This document shows positions 9,766 through 19,404 of a stretch of DNA of 64,000 bases, piece after piece. The notes below the pieces were generated by a model, which was given only the letters and a program-made list of their open reading frames with translations, made no database searches and was not told the origin of the DNA. Position 1 is the stretch's first letter, and every line of letters begins with the position of its first letter. The position numbers and the translations under genes are program-made. Source of the DNA: Candidatus Fermentibacteraceae bacterium (GTDB taxonomy: Bacteria > Fermentibacterota > Fermentibacteria > Fermentibacterales > JCC-6); assembly GCA_041750285.1 (NCBI GenBank), contig JBGSZS010000009.1:32001-96000 (forward strand). The letters run 5' to 3'.

Positions 9766-12036
9766 TCATTTCAGGCAGTATATCTGAAACCTGTTGATGC
9801 CCTCGTCATCGCGAACCTTGTGCACTCCGTGTATCTCACCCTCGAAGCCTGGGAACATGGCCTCCAGCTCCTCCACCGCGCCAAGGTAGTCGATGATATG
9901 CCTTGTTTCCTCGGTGATCATCTCACCGGGCATGATGATGGGGATGCCCGGCGGATAGGGAACGACCTGCACAGCCACCACCCTGTCCTCAAGCGACCTG
10001 ATGCTCACCCTCTCCACCTCGCCCCTTACCATCCCCCTGTACGCCTGGCCGGGTGTCATGACCTGCCTCGGCAGGGTTCGGAAGCATGAAAGCATCCCAT
10101 CCACAAGGCGGTACTCCCTGAGGAAGGTGTGCATCCTCATGCAGAGCTGCTGGATCGTCATCTCACCGTATTCGTCGGGGTGTGTCTTCACGAGGTCGGG
10201 CAGGATCTCCTCGAGCTCCACGTCCTCGTCGTAGAGCTCCTTGAAACGGAACAACTCCGCAAGAAGGGTACCGGACTTGCCCTTCGTGATGCCTATGCTG
10301 AAAAGCAGAAGCCAGGAGTAATGGCCCGTCTTCTCCACCATGATGCCCCTGGATCGAAGCCACTTCGTTACGATGGCCGCGGGAATGCCCCACTCGTCAA
10401 GATTACCCTCGCGATTGATTCCGGGGGTGGCAAGCGTCACCTTGAAGGGATCCAGCATTATGCCGCCGTCATCCATGCCGTTGAACATGTGCCAGGTATC
10501 CGATGCCTTGAGGGTCCACCACTCCTGCTCGGCAAGAAGCTGCCTGTCCTCGACGTCCAGAAGGTTGTCGGGCTGCCACGCGGTGAACCACCACTTCCGG
10601 GACGGGTCCGACTCCGAATGCATTATCTCGCTGTTGATGGAAGCCATGGTTTTCCTGAACACGACTGGTTCGCGGAGGGCCTCCTGCATCATCCTTACGC
10701 CGGCCTTGCCCTCCATCATCTGAGTAGACACATCCAGAGTGGCGATCATGCCGTACTGGGGTGAGGTTGAACTGTGCATCAGGTACGCCTCGTTGAAGAC
10801 ATCCGGATCGATCCTTCGGTCCGACCCGTCGCGGTAATGCACCATCGAGGCCTGTGACATTGCGGCGAGTGTCTTGTGTGTGGACTGCGTGGCGAAGACG
10901 GGCATTTTTGCCTCTTCGTTTGCAGTTCTGGGCGTCATGGCGTAGTGGCCCCGGTAAAGTGGATGAAAGTGCGCATAGGCAAACCAGGCCTCGTCGAAAT
11001 GGATGCCATCGACAGTTTCCGACAATGCTTCAGTTATCCGAAGCGTGTTGTAGCACAGGCCGTCATAGGTGCTGTTGGTGATCGTGGCAAGGCGTACCCT
11101 CGAGTTCTTGTCCATGATCAGGGGACATTCCTCGATCTTGGTCCTTATTGCCTGCTCGTCGAACTCCTTCAGTGCGATGGGACCGATGGTTCCGTAAGGG
11201 TTTCTCGTGGGTTTGAAGTAAATGGGGACCGCGTCGGCAAGAATGATCGCGTGGTTGATGCTTTTGTGGCAGTTCCTGTCGACCACCACCACATCGCCCC
11301 TGGTGACCATCGAGCTCCATACCATGAGGTTGGCAGCACTCGATCCGTTGGTTACGAAGAATGTCTGCGATGCATTGAACACCCTGGCGGCGTGTCTCTC
11401 TGCGGCTCCGATCGGACCCTGGTGGTCGGGAAGGGATCCGAGCTCTGGAACAGAGACCGAAAGGTCGGCCCTGAACATGTTCTCTCCGAAGAAGTCAAAG
11501 CACACTTTCCCGGCGGGTGTCTTCATGAATGCGACTCCGCCCATATGCCCAGGCGTGTGCCAGGAGTAACGGTACTCTTCGGCGTATTTGACAAGCTCCC
11601 TGAAGAATACGGGAAGTATGCCTTCGATGTAGGAAAGTGCAGCCTTCTCGATCCTGCCGGCGATGAAGTCGGGCGTGTCTTCAGCAAGCCAGATGTATCC
11701 GTCTATCTCCCTGAGGATTCCGATCGGAAGTTTCTCGACGCTGAAACGGTCGGTCATGAGCAGAACCGGCAGCACGTCGCTGAATCGTCTGATCCCCCTT
11801 AAAAAATCCTGCGGCATGTCGGTTTCGGTGTTCCAGTCAACAACGGCGCATCCCAGGTTGGGATGGGTGTGGAAATCACTCAGGCCGTCTGTGCAGTTTT
11901 CAGCCTTGAGAACGGTAAAACCCGAGTTCTCAAGCTTCTCCGCAATTGCCCGCACCCTTCTCCCCTCAAGGGTGTGTGATCCGATCTCGCCACTGACAAT
12001 GAGGATGGGAAACGATCCTCTATTTACTGCCTTCAT
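9766..12036 (-). CDS. Class I Orn/Lys/Arg decarboxylase (AdiA/LdcC-like, with wing domain)
   Basis: WHTPGHMGG, VTNGSS, DRNCHKS, HFDEAW, TQSTHK (PLP Lys), HSSTSPQY, PYPPGIP; 756 aa. Confidence 0.93.
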   Translation of the reverse strand: MKAVNRGSFPILIVSGEIGSHTLEGRRVRAIAEKLENSGFTVLKAENCTDGLSDFHTHPNLGCAVVDWNTETDMPQDFLRGIRRFSDVLPVLLMTDRFSVEKLPIGILREIDGYIWLAEDTPDFIAGRIEKAALSYIEGILPVFFRELVKYAEEYRYSWHTPGHMGGVAFMKTPAGKVCFDFFGENMFRADLSVSVPELGSLPDHQGPIGAAERHAARVFNASQTFFVTNGSSAANLMVWSSMVTRGDVVVVDRNCHKSINHAIILADAVPIYFKPTRNPYGTIGPIALKEFDEQAIRTKIEECPLIMDKNSRVRLATITNSTYDGLCYNTLRITEALSETVDGIHFDEAWFAYAHFHPLYRGHYAMTPRTANEEAKMPVFATQSTHKTLAAMSQASMVHYRDGSDRRIDPDVFNEAYLMHSSTSPQYGMIATLDVSTQMMEGKAGVRMMQEALREPVVFRKTMASINSEIMHSESDPSRKWWFTAWQPDNLLDVEDRQLLAEQEWWTLKASDTWHMFNGMDDGGIMLDPFKVTLATPGINREGNLDEWGIPAAIVTKWLRSRGIMVEKTGHYSWLLLFSIGITKGKSGTLLAELFRFKELYDEDVELEEILPDLVKTHPDEYGEMTIQQLCMRMHTFLREYRLVDGMLSCFRTLPRQVMTPGQAYRGMVRGEVERVSIRSLEDRVVAVQVVPYPPGIPIIMPGEMITEETRHIIDYLGAVEELEAMFPGFEGEIHGVHKVRDDEGINRFQIYCLK

Positions 12037-12239
12037 TGTGCCCTCTCCTCAAAACTGTGGTAAAACCAAACCGGGCCGATGCGGAAATATACATTCCTGG
12101 AAAGGCACAACCCTCGTTGATGCCGGGAACTGCCGATGGGGCGACGCCTATGCGTGATTTCATGTTTTGCATCAAATGACAAAACACTCGTAAAAGCTGT
12201 TCGAACACTGACCTGCGGAAGCCGCATCGATGTGATGGG

Positions 12240-12251
12240 ATTGTATACAAT
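12240..12251. promoter_or_regulatory. Perfect palindrome ATTGTATACAAT (GntR/FadR-like operator candidate) in the decarboxylase promoter region
   Basis: 12-bp perfect palindrome overlapping a minus-strand TTGACG-N16-AATTGT / TACAAT promoter-like arrangement. Confidence 0.45.
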
Positions 12252-12287
12252 TTCGCATTAAAAGGTTACGTCAACAAACTAAACTAT

Positions 12288-13226
12288 CTAAGTCCGTCCC
12301 CCGAACCATGAGACGGTGCGGGCGAGGCCATCCGAGAAGGGGACTACGGGGGTGTAGCCGAGGATCTGCCCGGCGAGGGTGATCGAGGCACATGAGTGCA
12401 TCACGTCGCCGGGGCGGGAATCGCGGTGAACCGGAATGATGTCGGGGCGGCCCACGAGACGGGCGATCTCCGATGCCAGGCGGTTCACGGTCACCGAGCC
12501 GTTGCACGCCACGTTGATGACCCGGCCGGGAGCATCGGGAGCCTCCGCTGCCAGAAGGTTTCCGTGCACCACGTTGGCCACGTAGGTGAAGTCACGGCTC
12601 TGCTCACCCGAACCGTTTATGCATGGCGCCCTTCCCTCACGGAACGACCTGATGAAAAGCGGAATGACGGCGGAGTACGGGCTGTCGGGGTCCTGATGGG
12701 GGCCGAACACGTTGAAATACCTCAGGGCGACCGTTTCAAGGCCGTAGATCCTGTTGAAGACCTGGAAGTAGGCCTCGCCCGCAAGCTTGCTCACCGCGTA
12801 GGGCGACAGCGGCATGGGGGGGAGTGTTTCATCCTTGACCTCGCTGGGGGCGTTCCCGTAGATGGATGACGATGAGGCGAACACAACCCTTCTTACACCG
12901 GCGTCGACAGCTGCGTGAAGGACATTCAGGGTGCCCCCCACGTTCACCTCGTTGGAGGTGATGGGGTCGGCAATTGACCTGGGAACCGATGGCAGTGCGC
13001 CCTCGTGGAAAACCACCTCCACATCCTTCATGGCCTGTTGCACGATGTGGAAGCTGCGGATGTCGCCCTCGAGGATGTCAACGTCCGAAGCGACTTCCTC
13101 GAGGTTCTTCCTGTGCCCGGTTGAGAAGTTGTCGAGTACGCGGACACTCCTGCCCCTGGCCAGAAGCTCCCTGACTATGTTGCACCCGATGAAACCAGCA
13201 CCGCCGGTGACAAGGCAGATTCCCAT
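12288..13226 (-). CDS. NAD-dependent UDP-sugar 4-epimerase (WbpP/TviC-like SDR)
   Basis: VTGGAGFIG, SVPRSIADP, ASSSS, YAVSK, LRYFNVFGP, RDFTYV. Confidence 0.9.
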   Translation of the reverse strand: MGICLVTGGAGFIGCNIVRELLARGRSVRVLDNFSTGHRKNLEEVASDVDILEGDIRSFHIVQQAMKDVEVVFHEGALPSVPRSIADPITSNEVNVGGTLNVLHAAVDAGVRRVVFASSSSIYGNAPSEVKDETLPPMPLSPYAVSKLAGEAYFQVFNRIYGLETVALRYFNVFGPHQDPDSPYSAVIPLFIRSFREGRAPCINGSGEQSRDFTYVANVVHGNLLAAEAPDAPGRVINVACNGSVTVNRLASEIARLVGRPDIIPVHRDSRPGDVMHSCASITLAGQILGYTPVVPFSDGLARTVSWFGGRT

Positions 13227-13327
13227 TGAAGACCCTTTCCTGACGTGGCCCGAAAACCTTTGGGGGACGGACCCAGTACGTCAAAACTAACCTGCGCCGC
13301 GCGAGACAGGCAATGGCGTGTTTCCGC

Positions 13328-16300
13328 TCATACCCCGGGAAGAGCCGATGCCTCCGCGGCCCTCAACTCGGAAAGCCTGGCTTCGGTATCCCAGTGGGGA
13401 TGCTCCTTCTGAAGCAGGTCGCCCTCCCTCAGACATTCGTGAAGTACATCTCTGTCTCCTGTTGCGAAGAACAGCTGCCGGAGAAGGTCGAACCTCTCCA
13501 GCTGGTCGCAGGGACCAGACAAGGCTTCCTTCAGTATCTCCGCGGCCTCTTCGTTCCTTCCCCGGGCAATCAGGAGCTTGCCGGCCGAGCACGCATAGTA
13601 GCTCCGGTAGTCTTCGGGAAATCCCCACTCCCGCACCTGGTCGATCAGGGCCCCGGCCTCCTCGATTCTGCCCATGTCAACCAGCACGTTGCTCATCTCA
13701 AGGGCATAGTCCACCCTGTGGAGACCAAGACCGTGCTCCCTGCATACGTCCAGGACCTCCGAAAAGAGCCGGCACGCCTCTTCGCGCCTTCCAACCCTTC
13801 CGAGCGCGCTGGCAAGATTGGCAAGGGCAATCGAGAGCGTATCCCCCCCGCCGTACCTCCTCGCCAGCTCCACCGATCTTTCGAGATGCCGGAAAGCTTC
13901 CGGTGAAGGATCGATCTTTTCCATGAGCGAGCCCAGATTGCCCGTTGCCTGAAGCTCCACGAGCCTGCTTCCGGTGCGCCGGGCAAGTTCCATGTGTTCC
14001 CTTGTGGTCTGCATGGCGTCCATCATCCTGTTCGGAAGGTACTTGTACACCAGTGCGAGGTTGCCAACGCTCAGTGTCTCCATCATCAGATTGCCGACAT
14101 CCCTGGCGTAGTCGCGAACCATTTTGAGGTTTTCCTCGGCCTGTTCAAGCCTCTCCCTGAGCCTGAGCATGCAGCCGCAGGCGTTGCCCAGAGCCTTGAA
14201 AGCCAGCAGCCTTTCTTCCGGTGAGCCCGAACGGAACTCACGGTAGACGTCGAGCAGCAGCTCAAGGGCAATGTCGTTCCTGCCTTCGAGCACTGCGACC
14301 CGCCCCCTAAGATGCATCACTTCAGGCCTGAGGGACGGGTTCATCCGCTCAAGGTCACGAAGATGCTCCATCGCCTCCCGGGGGCGTCCCCCGTTCACCG
14401 CCAGGTTTGCCCGCATCAGCCTTATCCCGGCCTGCACCGATGGGTCGTCACGGGCTTCGAGGGCTGCCCGTTCGATGAGGTCGTGAGCCCGTTCGATGTC
14501 ACCCGACGACACTACCAGGTCAAAAAGCATCCGGTGGGCGGTCATCCTCTGGGCGGGGTCGGTCGAATACTCCAGAACCTTCCCGAGCTGGAAATGGCAC
14601 GACGTGGTCATCCTCCTCGAAAGCGAGTGCTCCCCGGCCTTCATGTACCAGTCAGCCGCATCACCGCCCCTTCCGGCCATCTCCATGTGGTGGGCGATGA
14701 TCGCCGCTCTCTCAGGTTTTTCACCCCACAGCCGGGCCATGCCCTCGGCTGCCTTTTCGTGGAGCGGAAGCCGTTCACCCTGAAGCTGCAGCCTGTACGC
14801 AGCCTCGCGCAGAAGGATGTGAACGAAGCTGCAGCTCCCGTCCTGCTCGACCCTCCAGACCCTTTCCCTCACGCCCCTCTCGACGAGATCAAAGGTAAGA
14901 CCGCCGGGGCAGAGGATGTCGAGGACCTCACGATCGAACTCCCTTCCAAGAACGCTTGCACAGAGAACGGCCCTGCGGAGTTCCTTGCCAAGCCTGTCCA
15001 GACGGGCGACCAGAAGTGCATGAAGGCTTCCCGGGAAGCTGTCGTCACACGGCGGTGAATCTGCGGATTCAAGCATGCCTGCGTAGTGCTCCATGAAGAA
15101 GGGGATCCCCTCGGTGCGCTCGTGAAACCACTCCAGCAGGTCGTCGGATGGAGACCGCCCCAGGCTCCACCGCAGGAAGGACCTGCTGCCCTCGCGGGAG
15201 AGGGGTGTGAGTTCGAGTGCACGGGGCGAAAGACCGAGTTCCGGGATCGTGCTTCCGCAATCGGGTCTGGAAAGAAGCAGGACAGGGGGTCTGAATTCAC
15301 CGAGTTCAGCCAGGACAGCGGAGAGAAGGCCCAGGGAGTCGGGAGAGATCCACTGCAGGTCATCGACCGTCAACACCATCGGGCCCAGGAGGGAATTGCC
15401 CCGGATGAAAGCGGCAAGGGCCGCGACTGTGTTCGCAAACCTCCCCTGGGGATCCAACCCGCGGTAAAGCGATCTCTCCCATCCAAGCCCCACCAGGGCC
15501 GCCAGAAAAGATTCGGCGCGAAGAAGCTCATCCGCGGCATGGAGGGCGGCCGTGTCGCCAAGGTCCTCGAGGCGTCCGATGAAACCGTAGAGTTTCTCCT
15601 TGAAAGCCGGCAGCCCTTCCTGCCGGTCCCTTCCGCCAAGCCACTCGCCGAACCAGGAACCGAAGATGTCCGACCCCGAAGCGGGCAGGGAACGGCACCT
15701 CAGGTTCATGAACAGGGCTTCCCCCCTTCTCCTTTCGAGTTCCTCCACAAGCCGGGTCTTGCCCATGCCCGTGTCTCCCTGGATCAGCACGGACGAACCC
15801 GGAAGCGCAAGTTCGCCCTCGATCAGCTCGAGAAACCCTTCACGCTCTATCAGCGGAGGGGTGGAGCCGCGTGTCTCCCTCCTCTGTTTCCACGGCGAAA
15901 GAGCCAGAGCGTTCACCACGCCGGAAAAACCCTTCAGGGAAAGGCCCAGTTCACTTCTCATACCGAGCCGTGACGAGCCGTTGAAAACCGGGTCTCCGTA
16001 CACGCTGTTCCAGACGGCAGCATCGTGAAGCCTCGCGGCCAGGTTTACCGAGGGGCCCAGAACCGTGTACGACTCGAGCATCGGTGTGCGTATCGCGCCG
16101 CTGAACACAAGCCCGGTCGCGGCTCCGGCGCGAACCCTTCCCGACGCGGATGAGAAAACGCCGCGCAGGAAGTTGTCGGCCCTTTCGGGATCGTCCTCGC
16201 GGGTCACGGGAGCACCGAACACCACGAGCATCCGCTGTCCGGCCCCCCCCGCGTGAAGGCCCGACACGAAGCCCCCGGTCTCGTCGGCGATCTCCAGGAC

Positions 16301-16924
16301 CTTCGCCTGGAACTCCCTGGGGCAAAGGCACGCAGCCCTGTTCTCGATGGAGAGGAAGATGCTGATGACCTGCCTGAACTGGTTGACAACCCCCTCGGGA
16401 AAAAGGTCGGGAGGCAGGAAGAGGGCGCCGGGAACGGGAGCACGGGATACCGGCGCCGGAAAGGACCCGCCCGAGGGAGGGCATGTAGATTCATCGTCCG
16501 CGGCAAGGCTCAGGGCCGAACCCTGAAAGCTGAAGAATGTCCATGAATCGCGGGGGATGGCGTCCCATACCACCTCGCCGCTTCCGACTGTTGTCTTCAG
16601 TGGAAGTGATGTTCCGGCAGGTCTTGAGTGAACCACTCCGCAGGCTCTGCCCGCGGTTTCGATGCCGTCGGGGAAAACCACGGTAACTGCATCACCGGCG
16701 AAGGATACCGGGAAACCGCCGTGGAGCGAGCAAATGTCAACAACGTCGGAAAGGGTGTCGCTGACCTCCCGGGATATCTGCTCGGCGCCTTCGGCGCCCA
16801 TGCCGGCCATCCCCTGGAACCTGCTTGTAAAACCGCGAATGTCTGCGGTTACCGCCGCGCCGGGAAAGATGCCGGCGAGTTCGCCCCGTGAGATGGACCT
16901 GAGGATCAGTTCGGGGGCGTGCAT
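13328..16924 (-). CDS. Adenylate/guanylate cyclase + STAND AAA ATPase + TPR protein
   Basis: ADIRGFT / FAGDA and GPSVNLAARL cyclase motifs, Walker A GDTGMGKT, Walker B LTVDDLQW, EGIPFF, C-terminal TPR-like repeats. Start moved to GTG/ATG 16927/16924 after a purine-rich SD. Confidence 0.85.
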   Translation of the reverse strand: MHAPELILRSISRGELAGIFPGAAVTADIRGFTSRFQGMAGMGAEGAEQISREVSDTLSDVVDICSLHGGFPVSFAGDAVTVVFPDGIETAGRACGVVHSRPAGTSLPLKTTVGSGEVVWDAIPRDSWTFFSFQGSALSLAADDESTCPPSGGSFPAPVSRAPVPGALFLPPDLFPEGVVNQFRQVISIFLSIENRAACLCPREFQAKVLEIADETGGFVSGLHAGGAGQRMLVVFGAPVTREDDPERADNFLRGVFSSASGRVRAGAATGLVFSGAIRTPMLESYTVLGPSVNLAARLHDAAVWNSVYGDPVFNGSSRLGMRSELGLSLKGFSGVVNALALSPWKQRRETRGSTPPLIEREGFLELIEGELALPGSSVLIQGDTGMGKTRLVEELERRRGEALFMNLRCRSLPASGSDIFGSWFGEWLGGRDRQEGLPAFKEKLYGFIGRLEDLGDTAALHAADELLRAESFLAALVGLGWERSLYRGLDPQGRFANTVAALAAFIRGNSLLGPMVLTVDDLQWISPDSLGLLSAVLAELGEFRPPVLLLSRPDCGSTIPELGLSPRALELTPLSREGSRSFLRWSLGRSPSDDLLEWFHERTEGIPFFMEHYAGMLESADSPPCDDSFPGSLHALLVARLDRLGKELRRAVLCASVLGREFDREVLDILCPGGLTFDLVERGVRERVWRVEQDGSCSFVHILLREAAYRLQLQGERLPLHEKAAEGMARLWGEKPERAAIIAHHMEMAGRGGDAADWYMKAGEHSLSRRMTTSCHFQLGKVLEYSTDPAQRMTAHRMLFDLVVSSGDIERAHDLIERAALEARDDPSVQAGIRLMRANLAVNGGRPREAMEHLRDLERMNPSLRPEVMHLRGRVAVLEGRNDIALELLLDVYREFRSGSPEERLLAFKALGNACGCMLRLRERLEQAEENLKMVRDYARDVGNLMMETLSVGNLALVYKYLPNRMMDAMQTTREHMELARRTGSRLVELQATGNLGSLMEKIDPSPEAFRHLERSVELARRYGGGDTLSIALANLASALGRVGRREEACRLFSEVLDVCREHGLGLHRVDYALEMSNVLVDMGRIEEAGALIDQVREWGFPEDYRSYYACSAGKLLIARGRNEEAAEILKEALSGPCDQLERFDLLRQLFFATGDRDVLHECLREGDLLQKEHPHWDTEARLSELRAAEASALPGV

Positions 16925-17020
16925 CACAAGTATCCCTTTCCGGTTCGACGGCCGTCCATAACGAATGCCAGCCCGGAAAGTACCAAAGACGGGGTTGAAA
17001 AGCAATCTGGGGAGGGAGGG

Positions 17021-17045
17021 GCGGGCCGGAAACACCCCGGCCCGC
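17021..17045 (-). terminator. GC-rich hairpin after the BNR protein gene
   Basis: GCGGGCCGG-N7-CCGGCCCGC 9-bp stem ~10 nt after the stop; no clear U tract. Confidence 0.5.
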
Positions 17046-17054
17046 GGAAGTAGA

Positions 17055-19247
17055 CTACCTTGTCACGACCATCCGGGCGGTCGCTGAAGCGCCCTGGTGG
17101 GACAGACGGGCGAAGTAGACACCCGGAGTGAGGTTCGCGGTGGAGAGGGAAACAGTGTGCACCCCCTCGGAAAGGTCTGCAGCAGGCATCGAAAGGACCT
17201 GCCTTCCCGTGATGTCGAACACGGATATCCCTGCCGTACCCGATGAGGGAAGGTCGAAGCTGACGGAAGCCATCCCCCCCGACACCGGGTTCGGGTGAAC
17301 CGTGAGGGAAAATCCCGGCAGCGAAGCCGATGAAGGACCCTCGGTGCCGGTGCCGTAATAGCTTCTCCATACTGAGCTTGCAGGAGTGCCTGCGTAGAGG
17401 TAGAAGTTCGGCGAATCGTAAAGCGCCGTTATGGCTGCGGGTGTGGAACAGACCTGCACCGGCGTTCCGGTCCAGTTCTCCCACTTCCATATCCCCTGCG
17501 ACGAGGTGCCTACTATGACGCTCATTCCGTCGCTTGAGGGAACCGCGGCCACTGACGACCCGAAGGCGGTGGTGACCCTGGTCCAGGTTGCGCCGCCGTT
17601 CACGGATGTGTAGAGACCCGAGGAGGATGCCGCGGCCAGACGGGAGCCGTCAGCGGGGTTCACCAGGACCTGGTAGGGCGTGCCCGACCATCCCGCAGCC
17701 GCAACGTTCTGCCACGAAGCGCCTCCGTCCTCGGTGAAGTAAACCTTCCAGGCGCTGCTTTCGTAGGCGAGAACGAATACCCTGTCGGTGTCCGAAGGGT
17801 CCACCCCTATCGCTCTGGCGTACCTGTAGTCGGTGCCGGATGAGAAGATGTGCCGCGTCCAGCTCGTGCCGTTGTTCTCGGTCTTGGAGACCACGAGAAG
17901 GTAATCAGGCGAGATGTACTTGTAACCCGTGTACCAGTAGGTGCTGCCGCCGCCGAAGACGAGGTCGTAGCCACTGCCGTAGTAATTGTCGCTTGTCGAC
18001 CAGACGGAACCTCCGTCTGTGCTCTTGTAGAGCTCGACGCCCCCTCAACCACTCCCTTCGAGGCCCAGTATCACGTTTGAGCCGTTGGTGGCAAGACGCA
18101 CGAAATCACCGCAGGTAGAAGGCCTGCTTACGAACTGCCAGGTGCCCGAGGGGCTGTCCTGCATCTTGTACAGTCCCTGAGTTGCCATGTTGACCCATAT
18201 GTAATCGTTGGACTGGGTCATGGAAACCACGTTCCCGATCACCAGACCCGAGTTGCTGGCAGTCCAGGAAGTGCCTCCGGTGGTGCTCCGGAAAAAGCCC
18301 GCGGTGGTTCCGGTGTAGGCCAGTGACGCATTCTCGCTGTCGGGAATGATCCACTTGCAGTTGGTGCCGGACAGGCCGCTTGTAATTGTGCTCCAGCTGG
18401 CCCCGGCGTTTGCGCTGCGGTAGGTGTAGCTCATTCCGGCGCCCATTGCGAGGTTGTTGTCGACCGGGCTGAACCCGAGGGAGTAGTTGTAGTACTGTGT
18501 CAGGCGGGTCCAGGTCGAGCCGCCGTCGGTGCTGCGATGCAGGCCGAGGTAGGCTCCGGCCAGGATGATGCCGGGGTTCGTGGGGTGAAAGGCCAGCCCC
18601 TCGAAGTAGTAGTCGGATGACGCACCTGAGGGTGTGATGTCGGCAAATGTGACCCCTCCATCGGTGGACCTGAAAAGCTGGGCCTCGGTGCTGCCCGAGG
18701 ACTTGTACCCCCCCACGAGAATGAGGTCGGGATTCGAGGGCGCGACGGCGATGCTTCTGCCGTAGGAGTGAAGCCCGGCCTCGCCGATGTAGGTGCTGGT
18801 CCAGGTCGCCCCGTTGTCGGTGCTCTTGAAGAAAGACATGCGCCAGAAGCTGCCGTCGTATTTGTAGCCCGTGGCGAAAACGGTTGAACCGTTGGTCGGG
18901 TGCGCCTTGGCGAGCCAGAATACCGTATTGGAGAATGATGCCGAGGCCCAGGTAAGCCCCCCGTCGGTGGAGCGCCAGACTCGGCTGCTTCCCACCGCAA
19001 CGAGGTTGCCGGTCGAGGTTATCACCATGTCGTAGGCGGTGGAGCCGGTGAACGTCGACAGGGCCTCCCATGAGAGCCCGCGGTCGAGGGAACGGACAAC
19101 CACGGTGGGATTGTATCCGCTCATGCCGTAGAGGATGTCAGCATCCAGGGGCGACTGGATAATGGCCTTGATCTCACCGCCCTCGGGTCCGAGGCTCTCG
19201 AAGGGGCCGTAGCCTGCAAGCATCAGCAGCAGAAGCGTCAGCGCCAT
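17055..19247 (-). CDS. Secreted BNR/Asp-box double beta-propeller protein with T9SS-like C-terminal domain, spanning an in-frame TGA (codon 401; candidate selenocysteine)
   Basis: ATG 19247 after AGGAGAG, signal peptide, about 11 S/T.D.G..W Asp-boxes. Track ORFs 18045..19472 and 17055..17894 are in the same frame with only the TGA at 18045-18047 between them, and the intervening codons encode another Asp-box (YKSTDGGSVW). C-terminal HPNP..FDITGRQV..PGVYFARL. Confidence 0.8.
17995..18038 (-). promoter_or_regulatory. SECIS-like recoding structure downstream of the in-frame UGA
   Basis: 8-bp stem CAGACGGA-GGT-TCCGTCTG with its loop 33 nt after UGA, plus a GCTCT-ACA-AGAGC hairpin and a basal GTCGA/TCGAC stem. 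Confidence 0.6.
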
Positions 19248-19357
19248 CTTCTCTCCTTTCCGGAAACATTTCTGTAGTACCCTGAATACAATCACATGAG
19301 TCCGGTGCAAAAACAAGCCCCGCATGTAACTGGGGCAGAGCTGCGGAAGGATGGCAC

Positions 19358-19385
19358 TTGACTTTTCATGAAACATTGCTATTCT
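19358..19385 (+). promoter_or_regulatory. Sigma70-type promoter
   Basis: TTGACT-N16-TATTCT with TGn extended -10, 19 nt before ATG 19405. Confidence 0.55.
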
Positions 19386-19404
19386 TCCGCGCCCGGAGGA
19401 AACG

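Noticed and set aside
18045..18047. Genome-wide UGA reassignment (code 4 or 25) as the explanation of the in-frame TGA
   Set aside because: Many genes end at TGA at their expected family C-terminus, often in ATGA/GTGA overlaps (4739, 6010, 23792, 28312, 59624), so UGA is a normal stop here
17500..19100. Recurrent DNA motifs suggesting a repeat array or CRISPR
   Set aside because: They are degenerate codons of protein Asp-box repeats; no constant repeat-spacer structure and no cas genes
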